Origin: Candidatus Bathyarchaeota archaeon B26-2
Lineage (GTDB): Archaea > Thermoproteota > Bathyarchaeia > Bathyarchaeales > B26-1
DNA: 55,278 bases
Direction of reading: 5' to 3'
NCBI GenBank assembly: GCA_001593935.1
Contig: LUCE01000007.1
Location: 1-55,278, forward strand
The translations under genes and the position numbers were made by a program. The notes under the pieces are model-generated. The model worked only from the letters and a program-made list of their open reading frames with translations. It ran no database searches and had not been told where the DNA came from. Shown here piece by piece: positions 27,848-37,346 of this stretch. Position 1 is the first letter of the stretch. Each line of letters opens with the position of its first letter.

Positions 27848-30478
27848 CTATTCAAGGTAGATTCCAGGCCTTTTAGGTCGCGCTCTCTTAGCTCGGTTCG
27901 CCGGGTCATACCTTTCCTCATCACTCGCTCGGAATACATTCACCTCAGTGAAGCCGAGCTCTTCGCTTAGAAACTCTTTAGCCGCAGTGAAGTGACCGAA
28001 TTCCTCCTCGGAGACAGTGTAAATGCACAGTTTCTCCCGGCATCCAGTTAACTGAGACAGTTGTTTTACGTCGTCCATCGTCTTCTTCAGAATTTCTTCC
28101 AGCTCAATCAACCTCATATCCACCCCTTCTTTTCTAATTTTAGGCCAACTTGCAGTAGAGATGAATGGTCTTTCACCAAGCATGTACCAGATTTCCTCGC
28201 ATATGTGCGGGATGAAGGGTGCTAACAGTTTAAGCCACTTTTTAACGTATCTTATCTTTACGCCTCTGTTGCTTGTTCTTCTTCGATACCAATCGATGTC
28301 GTTCCATACCCTAAAGAACGCTGTATCGATGGCTCTCCGTATCTCTCCTTTCTCCAAGAAGCATGTCACCTCCTGTACTCTCATGTTGAATATCGACTCC
28401 AGCCATGTGTCCATCAATCTATCTTCAGCGCTTTCTGCTTTCATCATCTCTCTTATCAGGTTTCGGAACCGCTCTAGATGCTTTTGGTATACACGACATT
28501 CCTCGTCTCTCCAGTCGAAGTCCCGCCACTGATTAGAACCGTGTAGAAGGTAGAACCTAATGGTGTCCACGCCCCACTTGTCCAGCGCCTCGTCGAGGAA
28601 GATAACGTTTCCAAGATGCTTAGACATCTTCTGTCCGTAGGCTACTAGATGCCAATTTACGAATATGCTTTTAGGCCAATATTTCTCCGGGAAGATGGCC
28701 ACATGGTTGAAGATGAAGAAGGGAAAGTGGACGGTCTTATGCTCCTTACCGCCAGCATTCAGGTCTAACGGATACCAGTAATCAAACTCCCTCCTAATCT
28801 TTCTCAACATCTCTTCTGTGATTCTTGTTTTCGCTGATACATCATCGATGGAGCCGTGGCCCAAGAAGATGAAGTCGAAGAACTCGTCGGTCAGTTGATC
28901 CTCTTGGATTAATCCCGCATTAAGATACTTTGTGATTATGAAAAAAGCCATATAGATTGTGGAGTCGGATAAAGGCTCAATTATCCATCCCTCTTCCAGC
29001 GGGAAGGGGGTTCCTAGCCCTCTCCTCCTGACACATGGGCGTTCAGCCAACCAATCGATTATCTCAAGAAGATTCCGCTTATAGGTGGGAGGAAAGGTCT
29101 CCATCCTCTCTATGCATCTCTTCGCTTTCTTCTTCCAGTTTGGATCAGCGTAGTCTATGAACCATTGTCCCTTTATCACCTTAATTTTTATTTCAGCCCC
29201 GCACCGACAATAGATAGGCTTCACAGATAACTCAAAGAATTTATCAGACGCGTTAAGGTCTACCAAAAGTTTCTTGACGGCCTCTCGGGCTTTAATGGTT
29301 TTCATGCCACCAAACCTTTCGATTGAAGAAACGATTGAGCCTCGATCTTCCTTTTTATATAACTCCTTGACGGCGTCCTTGAGCCTCGGGTCCCCTATTC
29401 CCTCGATTCCCAGTTTTTCAATTATGTACTCAGCTGGAGTTCGGTCTATCCCCTCTACCTCAATAACCTGAATCGGTTCAACAATTTTGTGGTAGTTGGA
29501 TTTACTATAAAGGTAGTCATAGGGGTCGTGGGCTGGAACTGACATAACAACACCCGTAGCTTCATCCGGATTGACGAAGTCAGCAACCAAGACCGGTATG
29601 AATCTGCCTGTCACTGGATTGACGACCTTTAATCCTTCTAAGATTGACGCTGAAAGTTCTTCGAGTGTCTTTACATGTTTCCCTTGGTCATGCAGCTTCT
29701 GGCATGACGATTTAGAGATTATCCATATCTCCTTGTTGACCTTTACTTTAACATAATCTGTTTGCGGGTTCAACCAGAGGTTCGTTACACCGTACACCGT
29801 TTCAGGTCTTAACGTCGATGCTGGAAAGATTCTCCCTTCCTCATCCTTGAACTTGATAACCGTATATTCTTTGACTGCGGCGCCCCTCCATTCGGAGACA
29901 TCGGCCTCGGCCGCATCAAGACTGACAGGATGGCCGCATCGAGGACACCAAGGTAGATGATAATCCCTCTTAACCAGATGCCCCAACATGTGCAACTTCC
30001 GGAACTGCCATTGGACAAACCTATTGTATGGTGAGTCTATCGTTGAGGCTTTAGGTCTGAAGTCGAGCGATAAACCGAGCCTCCGTAAAGACTCTTCTAT
30101 GGCCGCTTCAAGGTATCTTTCTACATCAACCGGTGAACCCAGCTTAGCAGCATCTTCTACGGGGATACCGTATCTTACGCCGTTCTCGGGGTCTTCCCTT
30201 ATTCTCTCATAGATCGTTAAGCAGTCTATTCCAGTAGCGTGAAACCCTAACGGAAAGAACACATTGAAGCCCAGCATCCTCTTGAAGCGGGCGATGGCAT
30301 CCGGTATAACGTACGACCTCGCGTGGCCTATATGGAGCGCTCCAGAAATCGTTGGATATGCGAAGAGCATGTAAAACTTTGGCTTGTTAGGGTTCGGTTC
30401 TGCTTCAAAGATGTGTGAGTCTCTCCACTGCTGTTGCCACTTTGATTCTTCAAACCTAGCACTGGAGAACCAAATCAC
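27848..30478 (-). CDS. leuS: leucyl-tRNA synthetase (archaeal type)
   Basis: 876 aa with a GTG start. Contains a HIGH-like motif (ALHIGHARSY), KMSKHLGN (KMSKS) and a CP1 editing domain. Confidence 0.9.
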   Translation of the reverse strand: MIWFSSARFEESKWQQQWRDSHIFEAEPNPNKPKFYMLFAYPTISGALHIGHARSYVIPDAIARFKRMLGFNVFFPLGFHATGIDCLTIYERIREDPENGVRYGIPVEDAAKLGSPVDVERYLEAAIEESLRRLGLSLDFRPKASTIDSPYNRFVQWQFRKLHMLGHLVKRDYHLPWCPRCGHPVSLDAAEADVSEWRGAAVKEYTVIKFKDEEGRIFPASTLRPETVYGVTNLWLNPQTDYVKVKVNKEIWIISKSSCQKLHDQGKHVKTLEELSASILEGLKVVNPVTGRFIPVLVADFVNPDEATGVVMSVPAHDPYDYLYSKSNYHKIVEPIQVIEVEGIDRTPAEYIIEKLGIEGIGDPRLKDAVKELYKKEDRGSIVSSIERFGGMKTIKAREAVKKLLVDLNASDKFFELSVKPIYCRCGAEIKIKVIKGQWFIDYADPNWKKKAKRCIERMETFPPTYKRNLLEIIDWLAERPCVRRRGLGTPFPLEEGWIIEPLSDSTIYMAFFIITKYLNAGLIQEDQLTDEFFDFIFLGHGSIDDVSAKTRITEEMLRKIRREFDYWYPLDLNAGGKEHKTVHFPFFIFNHVAIFPEKYWPKSIFVNWHLVAYGQKMSKHLGNVIFLDEALDKWGVDTIRFYLLHGSNQWRDFDWRDEECRVYQKHLERFRNLIREMMKAESAEDRLMDTWLESIFNMRVQEVTCFLEKGEIRRAIDTAFFRVWNDIDWYRRRTSNRGVKIRYVKKWLKLLAPFIPHICEEIWYMLGERPFISTASWPKIRKEGVDMRLIELEEILKKTMDDVKQLSQLTGCREKLCIYTVSEEEFGHFTAAKEFLSEELGFTEVNVFRASDEERYDPANRAKRARPKRPGIYLE

Positions 30479-30573
30479 TCACCGTTGTTATATCCTTTGT
30501 TAACGGAATATTTAAGGTTATACGGGGAAAATCTGCTTCGAAGTTGAAGGTCCGCCCATCTCGCTCTGATAAC

Positions 30574-31425
30574 CTAGAGTCCGAGCTGGGCTTGCAGAGC
30601 TGCAGCCTCTATGTGCGCCTTCCTTATGAGGTCTGTTATGGACTCCGGCGTTATTATGGACGCGTTTATGGCTAGGCTGTAAGCCTCCCGGTAGGCCTTC
30701 TGGATGAGGAGTTGGATGTTCTCCGGGGTTGGATAGGCCACGCCGATTGAGAGGCTTAGGGCCTCCGTGTAGGCTTCTGTTATGCTCTTCTTGAAGCCTT
30801 CGAGGTCTAGTTTGAGGTCCTCTCCGGCTATGATCAGCCCGTCATCATATATGACTTTCATGGAGAGTCCAGCCTCAACAGCCTTTATCCCGAGTTTAGA
30901 GAGTACCGCTGCCAGTCTCTCCGAGATGACTTCGCCCTTCTTCACTACGAGCGTGTCCCGGTTTATCCAGACGCTTCCACCCTCTATCCTAGTGGGTAGG
31001 CCGACGGCGTTGAACTGGCTGATTATCGGGCCGGGCGGTAAACCTGTATTCCCAGCCGGGACTACTATGTCTTTAGTGGCTACGTCACCAGCCTTCGCTA
31101 TGATCTCGACCTTGCTCTCCTCGAGCAGTAGGGCTAGCTTAAAGGGGTTAAGGTTTGTGAATAGGAAGATGTTTGAGCCCTTTAAGTAGTCTCTTAACTT
31201 CTCTAGGTCGGGTCTATCCTTACATTCAGAGATCGCTCTAAGCATCAGGTTGTTCTTGAAGACCCGCATGTAGACTTCTTCTTTGAGCTTCTTCCTAAGC
31301 CCTTGGAGTTGAGCCGCCCTAACCTTATGTATGTCCGCAACCCCTATGGCCCTATACTTCTCGATGAGACTTATGATCTCCTTAACCTCTTCAGCCTTCT
31401 TGACCAAGACTTGACGCTGCAACAT
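30574..31425 (-). CDS. rpl10: 50S ribosomal protein uL10 (P0), short form lacking the acidic C-terminal tail
   Basis: 283 aa with the uL10 N-domain and repeated P1-binding helices (YPTPENIQLLIQKAYREAYSLAI / IITPESITDLIRKAHIEAAAL). It ends ..LQAQLGL* and follows rpl1. Confidence 0.85.
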   Translation of the reverse strand: MLQRQVLVKKAEEVKEIISLIEKYRAIGVADIHKVRAAQLQGLRKKLKEEVYMRVFKNNLMLRAISECKDRPDLEKLRDYLKGSNIFLFTNLNPFKLALLLEESKVEIIAKAGDVATKDIVVPAGNTGLPPGPIISQFNAVGLPTRIEGGSVWINRDTLVVKKGEVISERLAAVLSKLGIKAVEAGLSMKVIYDDGLIIAGEDLKLDLEGFKKSITEAYTEALSLSIGVAYPTPENIQLLIQKAYREAYSLAINASIITPESITDLIRKAHIEAAALQAQLGL

Positions 31426-31449
31426 GAGGCTTCCACCACCTGCTCCCTA

Positions 31450-32094
31450 TCACATCTTCACCTTGACAGCCTTTCCCATGGTCGTTTTGAGGTAGACCGA
31501 CTTAATGTTCTTAGCTCCCCTCTTCAGTCTGCTCTCGATTCTCCTCAAAACGGCTAGAGCGTTCTCAGCGATCTGCTCGTCAGACATATCCTCGGTTCCA
31601 ATTTTACAGTGAATCACTGGTTGACCTCGTGTTCTGACGAAGACCATCTTTCGGGACCTCTCCACCTCGCGTTCTATATCAGCTGTCGGCGGGATCGGTC
31701 TAGGCATCTTGCCTCTAGGCCCAAGTATCGAGCCGAAAACCCGGCCGACCAGAGGCATGAGGGGAGCCTCCGCAATGAAGAAGTCTATCTCCTTAGCGAT
31801 CTGTCTCTGCCTCTTCTTGTTATTTAGGAGGCTCTCGATCTCCTCCCTCTCCAAGACGAGGTCGACCCCGCTCCTCCTCGCCCTCAGGGCTAAGTCGCCG
31901 GTCGCAAAGACGCCGACCGTCTTATCTACCGGATGTGGCAGCTCTATGGTCTCCTGTATCCTGCTCTCAGGCCTCCGCATATCAATATCTGTAAGGTTTA
32001 TGATCAGCTCTACCGACTGGTTGAAGTTCCTCTTCTTGGATACGCTACGCATCTCCTTCAGGGCTTCTCGAAGCCTCTCGATCTCTCCCGGCAT
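31450..32094 (-). CDS. rpl1: 50S ribosomal protein uL1
   Basis: 214 aa in the canonical position between L11 and L10. Contains NFNQSVELIINL and GPRGKMP. Confidence 0.9.
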   Translation of the reverse strand: MPGEIERLREALKEMRSVSKKRNFNQSVELIINLTDIDMRRPESRIQETIELPHPVDKTVGVFATGDLALRARRSGVDLVLEREEIESLLNNKKRQRQIAKEIDFFIAEAPLMPLVGRVFGSILGPRGKMPRPIPPTADIEREVERSRKMVFVRTRGQPVIHCKIGTEDMSDEQIAENALAVLRRIESRLKRGAKNIKSVYLKTTMGKAVKVKM

Positions 32095-32139
32095 CCCTCT
32101 TCAGACCTCAAGCCATGAAACCTAAATCCTTTAAAAAGG

Positions 32140-32634
32140 TTACTTCTCACCAGCCTTAAGAACCTCGTCGTATACTCCTTCCTCGAGTTCCTTCTGAACC
32201 TCTCTCGGGTCTTTACCTTCAACAGTCACACCGATACTGACGCAGCTCCCAAGAATCTCCTTAACCGCAGCCTTCAAGCTGCTGGCCAGCAGGACTGGAC
32301 TCTTGATCTTAGCAATCTTTATAACCTGTTCCATCGTCAGGTTTCCAACCTTCTCGCTGTTGGGGGCTCCGGACCCTTTCTCGATCTGCGCCTCCTTCAC
32401 GATTAGCGCTGAGGTTGTGGGTATCCCCACGCTCACCTCGAACTCCTTCGTCTCCGGGTCCACGGTGACCGTGACGGGGACCTTCATGCCGGAGTATTCC
32501 TTTGTAACCTCGTTGATCTTGTTGACTATCATCAGAACGTTTACGCCTAAAGGACCCAAGATCGGTCCTATCGGCGGTCCCGCCGTTGCCTTTCCACCAT
32601 CCACTAGGAGTTCAACGACCTTCTTTTCAGCCAT
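32140..32634 (-). CDS. rpl11: 50S ribosomal protein uL11
   Basis: Starts [33 protein letters not shown] chose the second Met at 32634; the track ORF extends to 32658 and would overlap spt5. Confidence 0.9.
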   Translation of the reverse strand: MAEKKVVELLVDGGKATAGPPIGPILGPLGVNVLMIVNKINEVTKEYSGMKVPVTVTVDPETKEFEVSVGIPTTSALIVKEAQIEKGSGAPNSEKVGNLTMEQVIKIAKIKSPVLLASSLKAAVKEILGSCVSIGVTVEGKDPREVQKELEEGVYDEVLKAGEK

Positions 32635-32641
32635 GTCACCA

Positions 32642-33118
32642 TCACCTCGCTTTCTCAACGAGTTTGACGTAGTCTGCGTGAACTGTTATCGGGAGGGTGA
32701 ATGACGCTTCTAGGAGCTCTATAGTCACCTCCTCCTTAGCCCGTTCAACCCTCGTGATTCTGGCCCTCATCCCCTTGAACGGTCCACCCACAATCTCAAC
32801 GATGTCGCCGGTGTCGAGTTCTTCTATAACGGGTTTGATCACGACGTACCTCTCAACCTCGGAGAAAGAGACAACCCCCTTAACCCTAGATCGGACATGT
32901 TTTATTCCAGCTATAGCCTCCTCAACGAAGTGGGGGCCGTCGGCCTCGACGAAGATGTATCCCTTCAAGACCTCGGGGACGAGTATAGCCTTTATGGGAA
33001 GGTTATTAGCCTCAACTCTGTTCGCGATCAGGTTGGCCACATTCTTCTCTTGACCAGCCGTTGTACGTATAGCGAAGACGGATGTTGAAGGTGTAGGTTT
33101 CTTTTCTTCACTGCTCAT
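32642..33118 (-). CDS. spt5: transcription elongation factor Spt5 (NusG)
   Basis: Has an NGN domain ([22 protein letters not shown]) and a KOW motif ([18 protein letters not shown]). I chose the internal Met at 33118, just after the secE stop. Confidence 0.85.
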   Translation of the reverse strand: MSSEEKKPTPSTSVFAIRTTAGQEKNVANLIANRVEANNLPIKAILVPEVLKGYIFVEADGPHFVEEAIAGIKHVRSRVKGVVSFSEVERYVVIKPVIEELDTGDIVEIVGGPFKGMRARITRVERAKEEVTIELLEASFTLPITVHADYVKLVEKAR

Positions 33119-33122
33119 CCAC

Positions 33123-33305
33123 TTATCCTCCAAAGAACCCTGCTGCAAGCATGAGTGAGAGAACCTTTATTATGAAACCTATAACACCGATGAGGGAGAC
33201 TCCAATAAAACATATCTTGATCGAGAGCCAGAGCTCATCCTTCCCAGGCTTCTTCGCAAGGCGTAAGAGCCGACCGCAGGACTCAAGGAAAGACCTAAAC
33301 CCCAA
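33123..33305 (-). CDS. secE: protein translocase subunit SecE (Sec61 gamma)
   Basis: 60 aa with a basic N-terminus and a single C-terminal TM helix. It occupies the conserved position upstream of spt5. Confidence 0.75.
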   Translation of the reverse strand: MGFRSFLESCGRLLRLAKKPGKDELWLSIKICFIGVSLIGVIGFIIKVLSLMLAAGFFGG

Positions 33306-33420
33306 CTGACTCAGCCTCTACAATCCTCAAAGGAGAACTAAACGCCCATATAAAAATGTAGTGAACACTTTATATAAGTGGCTGAGTGACCGGCAGCTCC
33401 GTTTAGGTGTGCTGCCAACT

Positions 33421-35031
33421 TCAAGCTCTCAACAGAGGCTTGAGCACTCGAACTGATATCGGTAGCACCGTTCTCCTACCAGACCTGAAGTCTCTAATCA
33501 TCGCTTGGAGATCATAGCTGTACTCCCTCTCGCATATCTTGAGAAGTTCACGCGTCCTCTTCGCGCCGTATGACAGAACTCGGGTTAGGCCGTACCTAAG
33601 GAACCTGTTCTTTATAGCCATCTTAGACCACTCCTTGAGCAGGACCGGGAGCCACTCGAGGTTATGTTCCCAACACTTAACTAGAAGCTCACAGTGTTTA
33701 GGTGTCACCTCATCCAATGTGAAGGACTCGGCTTTACTCCTCAGTCCACCAACCGCCACAAAGAAGAGCGGAACTATCAGGCTCTTGAAGGGTCTAAGCT
33801 CCTCAACGAGCGAGAGAGTTAGGTCGATGTCGACTTGGGTCTCTCCTGGAAGCCCCATGATCAAGGTGCAGCATGGAACCCAGTGGTTCTCCGAGAGTAT
33901 CTCGAAGGCCTCGACGACGACTCTAGGCCAGTCCTCCGGCTTGAATGGCCTACACTTCCCAGCCATATGCATACGCATAAGGCGTGGACTACCCGTCTCG
34001 ATTCCTGTCTGACCGCTCATCCAACGTTCCTCGTCGGCCCCAACTATGGTGGAGATCTCCTCAACGACCTCGGGGGCATCCACAACGGATGAGAGCGCGA
34101 AGTGGCTGATGTTTATATTCTCGACGCCGTCGCATTCCTTCACTGCTCTAAAGAGCTTGGTTACGGCCTTCTGGTTGACCTTTATTCCTTTTGCTCCGTA
34201 TCTGAGGACGTCTTCGGCGTGGAGGAGAGGCTGCCTTCCAGCCTTGAGGTTGACCTTTACCTCCTTAAGGATGTGGTCTATGGGGAGACATCGGTAACGG
34301 AGCATGGTTGGGACGCAGAAGGCGCATCCACGGCCGCAGCCCCGCGCTATCTCGACTATTCCGCTGACGGTTGCGCCTCTGATCACCGGAATCTCATCTA
34401 TGTCAACTATCTCTCCGTAGACGACCTCGGGAAGCATATCGCCGTTGAGAGCTTTCTCGAAGAGGGGGCCGACAACACGCTCACCCTCACCGATGACGAC
34501 ACAGTCTATCCCAAGCATCCTTCGGACATCAGAGGCTTCGAGCTGCCAAGCCCCAGGGCCGCCCACGATGATCTTTGGCTTGAACCTCTTCACTGCTGGA
34601 TGGTTTATGATCTCCCTAAACTTTACGGTCATGTAGGACTCTCCGCCGAGTATGTGCGTGAAGGTCGATGTGGCTGGACCTATTCCTAGGGGGTCGTTCT
34701 CTGTTATGCCTAGAACCTTTGTTCTCGGACCGACCGCCTTCTCTAGGTGGTCGGGATGGGCGACGAATACGTCTTTCTCGTCGAGCCCGTACTCGATTAA
34801 TGCGGCTTCCACCTTCCGGGTTCCGCATGGAGCCACAACGGGAGAGCCATCTTCATTAACGTCCACTGAGGGACAGAACAAGGAGAAGTATAATCCGTCG
34901 CGTATCAGACCTCTCGGCACGCAAGCGCTGAACCCTAAGAAGATTCCGCCGCCATACTCACTCATAAGTGTTCGGTCGGCGGTTAGGACGATGGGGTATC
35001 CTTCATCATCCCGCGCCATCTCATCCTTCAT
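33421..35031 (-). CDS. B12-binding-domain radical SAM protein
   Basis: 536 aa with the CX3CX2C motif (ARGCGRGCAFC) and an N-terminal Rossmann-like B12-binding region. Confidence 0.75.
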   Translation of the reverse strand: MKDEMARDDEGYPIVLTADRTLMSEYGGGIFLGFSACVPRGLIRDGLYFSLFCPSVDVNEDGSPVVAPCGTRKVEAALIEYGLDEKDVFVAHPDHLEKAVGPRTKVLGITENDPLGIGPATSTFTHILGGESYMTVKFREIINHPAVKRFKPKIIVGGPGAWQLEASDVRRMLGIDCVVIGEGERVVGPLFEKALNGDMLPEVVYGEIVDIDEIPVIRGATVSGIVEIARGCGRGCAFCVPTMLRYRCLPIDHILKEVKVNLKAGRQPLLHAEDVLRYGAKGIKVNQKAVTKLFRAVKECDGVENINISHFALSSVVDAPEVVEEISTIVGADEERWMSGQTGIETGSPRLMRMHMAGKCRPFKPEDWPRVVVEAFEILSENHWVPCCTLIMGLPGETQVDIDLTLSLVEELRPFKSLIVPLFFVAVGGLRSKAESFTLDEVTPKHCELLVKCWEHNLEWLPVLLKEWSKMAIKNRFLRYGLTRVLSYGAKRTRELLKICEREYSYDLQAMIRDFRSGRRTVLPISVRVLKPLLRA

Positions 35032-35229
35032 CTCCGGATAATTTACTAATTGTAGGGAGGAGCTCTCGCTAATAAATATTACGAATTTTAAAACATTTAA
35101 AAATAGATATAAATTTTAGGGTTAGGCTGAAAGACTCCGACCGAGCGAGATATATTATGTTTCACAAAACATTTAAATTTTAAAATATTTTACTTGATGA
35201 GTTGCAGCAATCTGGGGGCTGTTATAGGG

Positions 35230-35469
35230 ATGGCAGAGGCCCTCATAATCCTTCAGAGGGATACCTCTTGGAAATGTGGAAGATTGGAGCGTTTAGCCCT
35301 AACCTATTTAAGGAGGCAGCTCAAACTCCATGGAAGAACGAAGGTTCCACTGAAGGAAATGATACTTCACTTCAAGCTGGAAGGGAGGAGGAAGTCAGAG
35401 TTCATAGATGCGGTGAAGAGGCTGGAACAACGTAACATAATCAACATAATTAGAGTGAAAGACGTATAG
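35230..35469 (+). CDS. small conserved protein, WKCGR-motif family (paralog of 50491..50721)
   Basis: The sequence MAEALIILQRDTSWKCGRLERLALTYLRRQLKLHG..MILHFKLEGRRKSEFIDAVKRLEQRNIINI aligns along its length with the 50.5-kb ORF. The start was chosen at the Met that aligns in both copies; the track ORF starts at 35194. Confidence 0.55.
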   Translation: MAEALIILQRDTSWKCGRLERLALTYLRRQLKLHGRTKVPLKEMILHFKLEGRRKSEFIDAVKRLEQRNIINIIRVKDV

Positions 35470-35502
35470 AGCATACAGGATATGAGGGGGAGGGGATGAT
35501 GT

Positions 35503-35616
35503 ATGGAGAGAGCTATCCTGATCTTCGTCGGAATGAGCCTCATCTTCATCCTCTTCCTAGTAGCCTTCTTTAGATATCTGAAGTGGGTGAACGATACACA
35601 ACAATACCAGAGTTAA
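35503..35616 (+). CDS. possible 37-aa single-TM micro-protein
   Basis: MERAILIFVGMSLIFILFLVAFFRYLKWVNDTQQYQS*, preceded by the GAGGGGGAGGGG SD-like run. There is no homology evidence. Confidence 0.25.
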   Translation: MERAILIFVGMSLIFILFLVAFFRYLKWVNDTQQYQS

Positions 35617-35650
35617 GTCACGTTGGAGAAGGCCTAAACCCCTTAAGGGT

Positions 35651-35983
35651 TCAGGAGGACTCCTCCGAGAGAAAGTCGTTTAGAACCTCACTCAAACGGT
35701 TGTGGAAGAGGTAGCGGATCCTTTTGAGGAGTGCTTCACCCTTCTTTGTGAGTGAGTAATATCTTCTACTCCGTCCTTCATGTCTAACCCATATGCTCTC
35801 CACTAGGTCGTTCTCTTCTAAACGGTGAAGGAACGGATATACTATGCTTGGTCCGAGGTTCCTCCCGGTTAGTCTACTCAACTCTTTCATCAAGCCGTAC
35901 CCATGTAGGGGAGCCTGACGTAGGAGCCACAGAATTATAGGTCCGTGGAGCCCTTGTAGAAGAGACTCAATCACACGGATCAT
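35651..35983 (-). CDS. PadR family transcriptional regulator
   Basis: 110 aa with ILWLLRQAPLHGYGLMKEL..IVYPFLHRLEENDLVE. Confidence 0.8.
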   Translation of the reverse strand: MIRVIESLLQGLHGPIILWLLRQAPLHGYGLMKELSRLTGRNLGPSIVYPFLHRLEENDLVESIWVRHEGRSRRYYSLTKKGEALLKRIRYLFHNRLSEVLNDFLSEESS

Positions 35984-36150
35984 GAAGGCTCACAGTTTAA
36001 AACATTTAGGTTCTGACATATCAATCTTTCGAGACTCCACGGGTATCGAGGAAAATTAAAATTCAAAGCACATCTATATAAACGAGCGGTTAAATAAAGT
36101 TGGAGAAGTTGAGAGCTTCCCTACAAACGTCACAAGAGAGGCGGTTATAG

Positions 36151-36495
36151 TTGAGCGAGACGAGCGAAGAAAACCTTATCAGAGCGACTCTCAGAGGCCT
36201 AAGCCGAGCCATAATACTCTGGCTGCTCAGCAAGAGACCCATGTCAGGCTACAAGATAACCAAGGAAATAACGAGGTTGACCGAGAGAAAGTTCACTTCT
36301 GGAGTGGTCTACCCACTCCTCTACGAACTCGAAGAAAAAGGCTTCATAGCCGGTAAATGGTTACAGAAAGGGCGAAGGAGAATCAAATACTACTCCATAA
36401 CAGAGGAAGGAGAAGAGATACTCAGAAACATCCGGAAACTCTTCGAGAAGCCCCTGAGAGAAGTTCTCCAGAGTCTTCTGGGAGAAGAAACATAA
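36151..36495 (+). CDS. PadR family transcriptional regulator
   Basis: 114 aa with ILWLLSKRPMSGYKITKEI..VVYPLLYELEEKGFIAGKW. TTG start; divergent from its paralog. Confidence 0.8.
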   Translation: MSETSEENLIRATLRGLSRAIILWLLSKRPMSGYKITKEITRLTERKFTSGVVYPLLYELEEKGFIAGKWLQKGRRRIKYYSITEEGEEILRNIRKLFEKPLREVLQSLLGEET

Positions 36496-36509
36496 ACCAA
36501 AACTTTCGG

Positions 36510-37328
36510 TCAGACCTTCTCTATGGGCAGGCCGATCTCGTTCAGGTTCTCCATCAACCTAGCCTTGTCAGAGCCCCTAATCCCCTTCCAGTCCAGAACT
36601 ACCTTCTCAACGGTTTCAACTGTTCTCTCGATGCAGTGCCTTAAAACCCATAAGTCGACAAGATGGACGGCATACTTCGGTATAATGTGGCCGAAGGCGA
36701 TCTCGCCGGCGAGGGCCATCTTAGTGAACTTCCGGTTGTAGTGGAGCCCCCCGATTCCCAGCGCTGTTGGGTACCTCTTCTCGGAGGCGGCGGCTGCCAT
36801 GGCAGCTTCGGCCACAGCCTTGGCGGCTTTTAGGTCTCTCCACTGAGTCGTGGAGCTGCCCAACTCGACGAAGATCGTCGGCACATCTAGTGAGGGCCCA
36901 TGGTGTGTGCATTCGTAGGAAACCTCATAGTTGAGGTTCAGCCTCTCCTTGTTAAGGGCGAGCTCCTTTAAGGCGTCCTTCATGGCACTGGCTGGAGCGA
37001 TTGAGACCTTCCTTGGGATTCCACCCATCTTGGCTGGGCCTATGTTCCCCGGCACATGAACTGAGAGGGTCGGTATCCCACTCTCGCTCTTATGCCTAGA
37101 TACGAAGATAAGAAGTCTAGGCTTGAAGAAGTCCGTTATAAACTGGGCCTCTATGGCGGGTTTCCCGATGAAGACGAGTCGGAGTTCCTCCCCGCCTCTC
37201 AACGTCCTAGTATAGATGGGGCTCCCATGGAAAGATTCAGGCGCCTCCTCAAACCCGTGGTCAGTCAGCAGGTGGCTCGCTATATTTACGGCGGCAATAT
37301 CCTCCTTGGAGGCCACGATCAAGATCAA
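36510..37328 (-). CDS. dtdA: D-aminoacyl-tRNA deacylase, archaeal type
   Basis: 272 aa. The sequence MILIVASKEDIAAVNIASHL..HVPGN..ECTHHGP is consistent with the DtdA family. Confidence 0.75.
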   Translation of the reverse strand: MILIVASKEDIAAVNIASHLLTDHGFEEAPESFHGSPIYTRTLRGGEELRLVFIGKPAIEAQFITDFFKPRLLIFVSRHKSESGIPTLSVHVPGNIGPAKMGGIPRKVSIAPASAMKDALKELALNKERLNLNYEVSYECTHHGPSLDVPTIFVELGSSTTQWRDLKAAKAVAEAAMAAAASEKRYPTALGIGGLHYNRKFTKMALAGEIAFGHIIPKYAVHLVDLWVLRHCIERTVETVEKVVLDWKGIRGSDKARLMENLNEIGLPIEKV

Positions 37329-37346
37329 AGACGCCGCGCTCCGACC

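Noticed and set aside
27718-27939. 73-aa minus ORF bridging the lactate-permease/leuS spacer
   Set aside because: It overlaps the 3' end of leuS in another frame and has no motifs. The spacer is better explained as promoter and terminator sequence.
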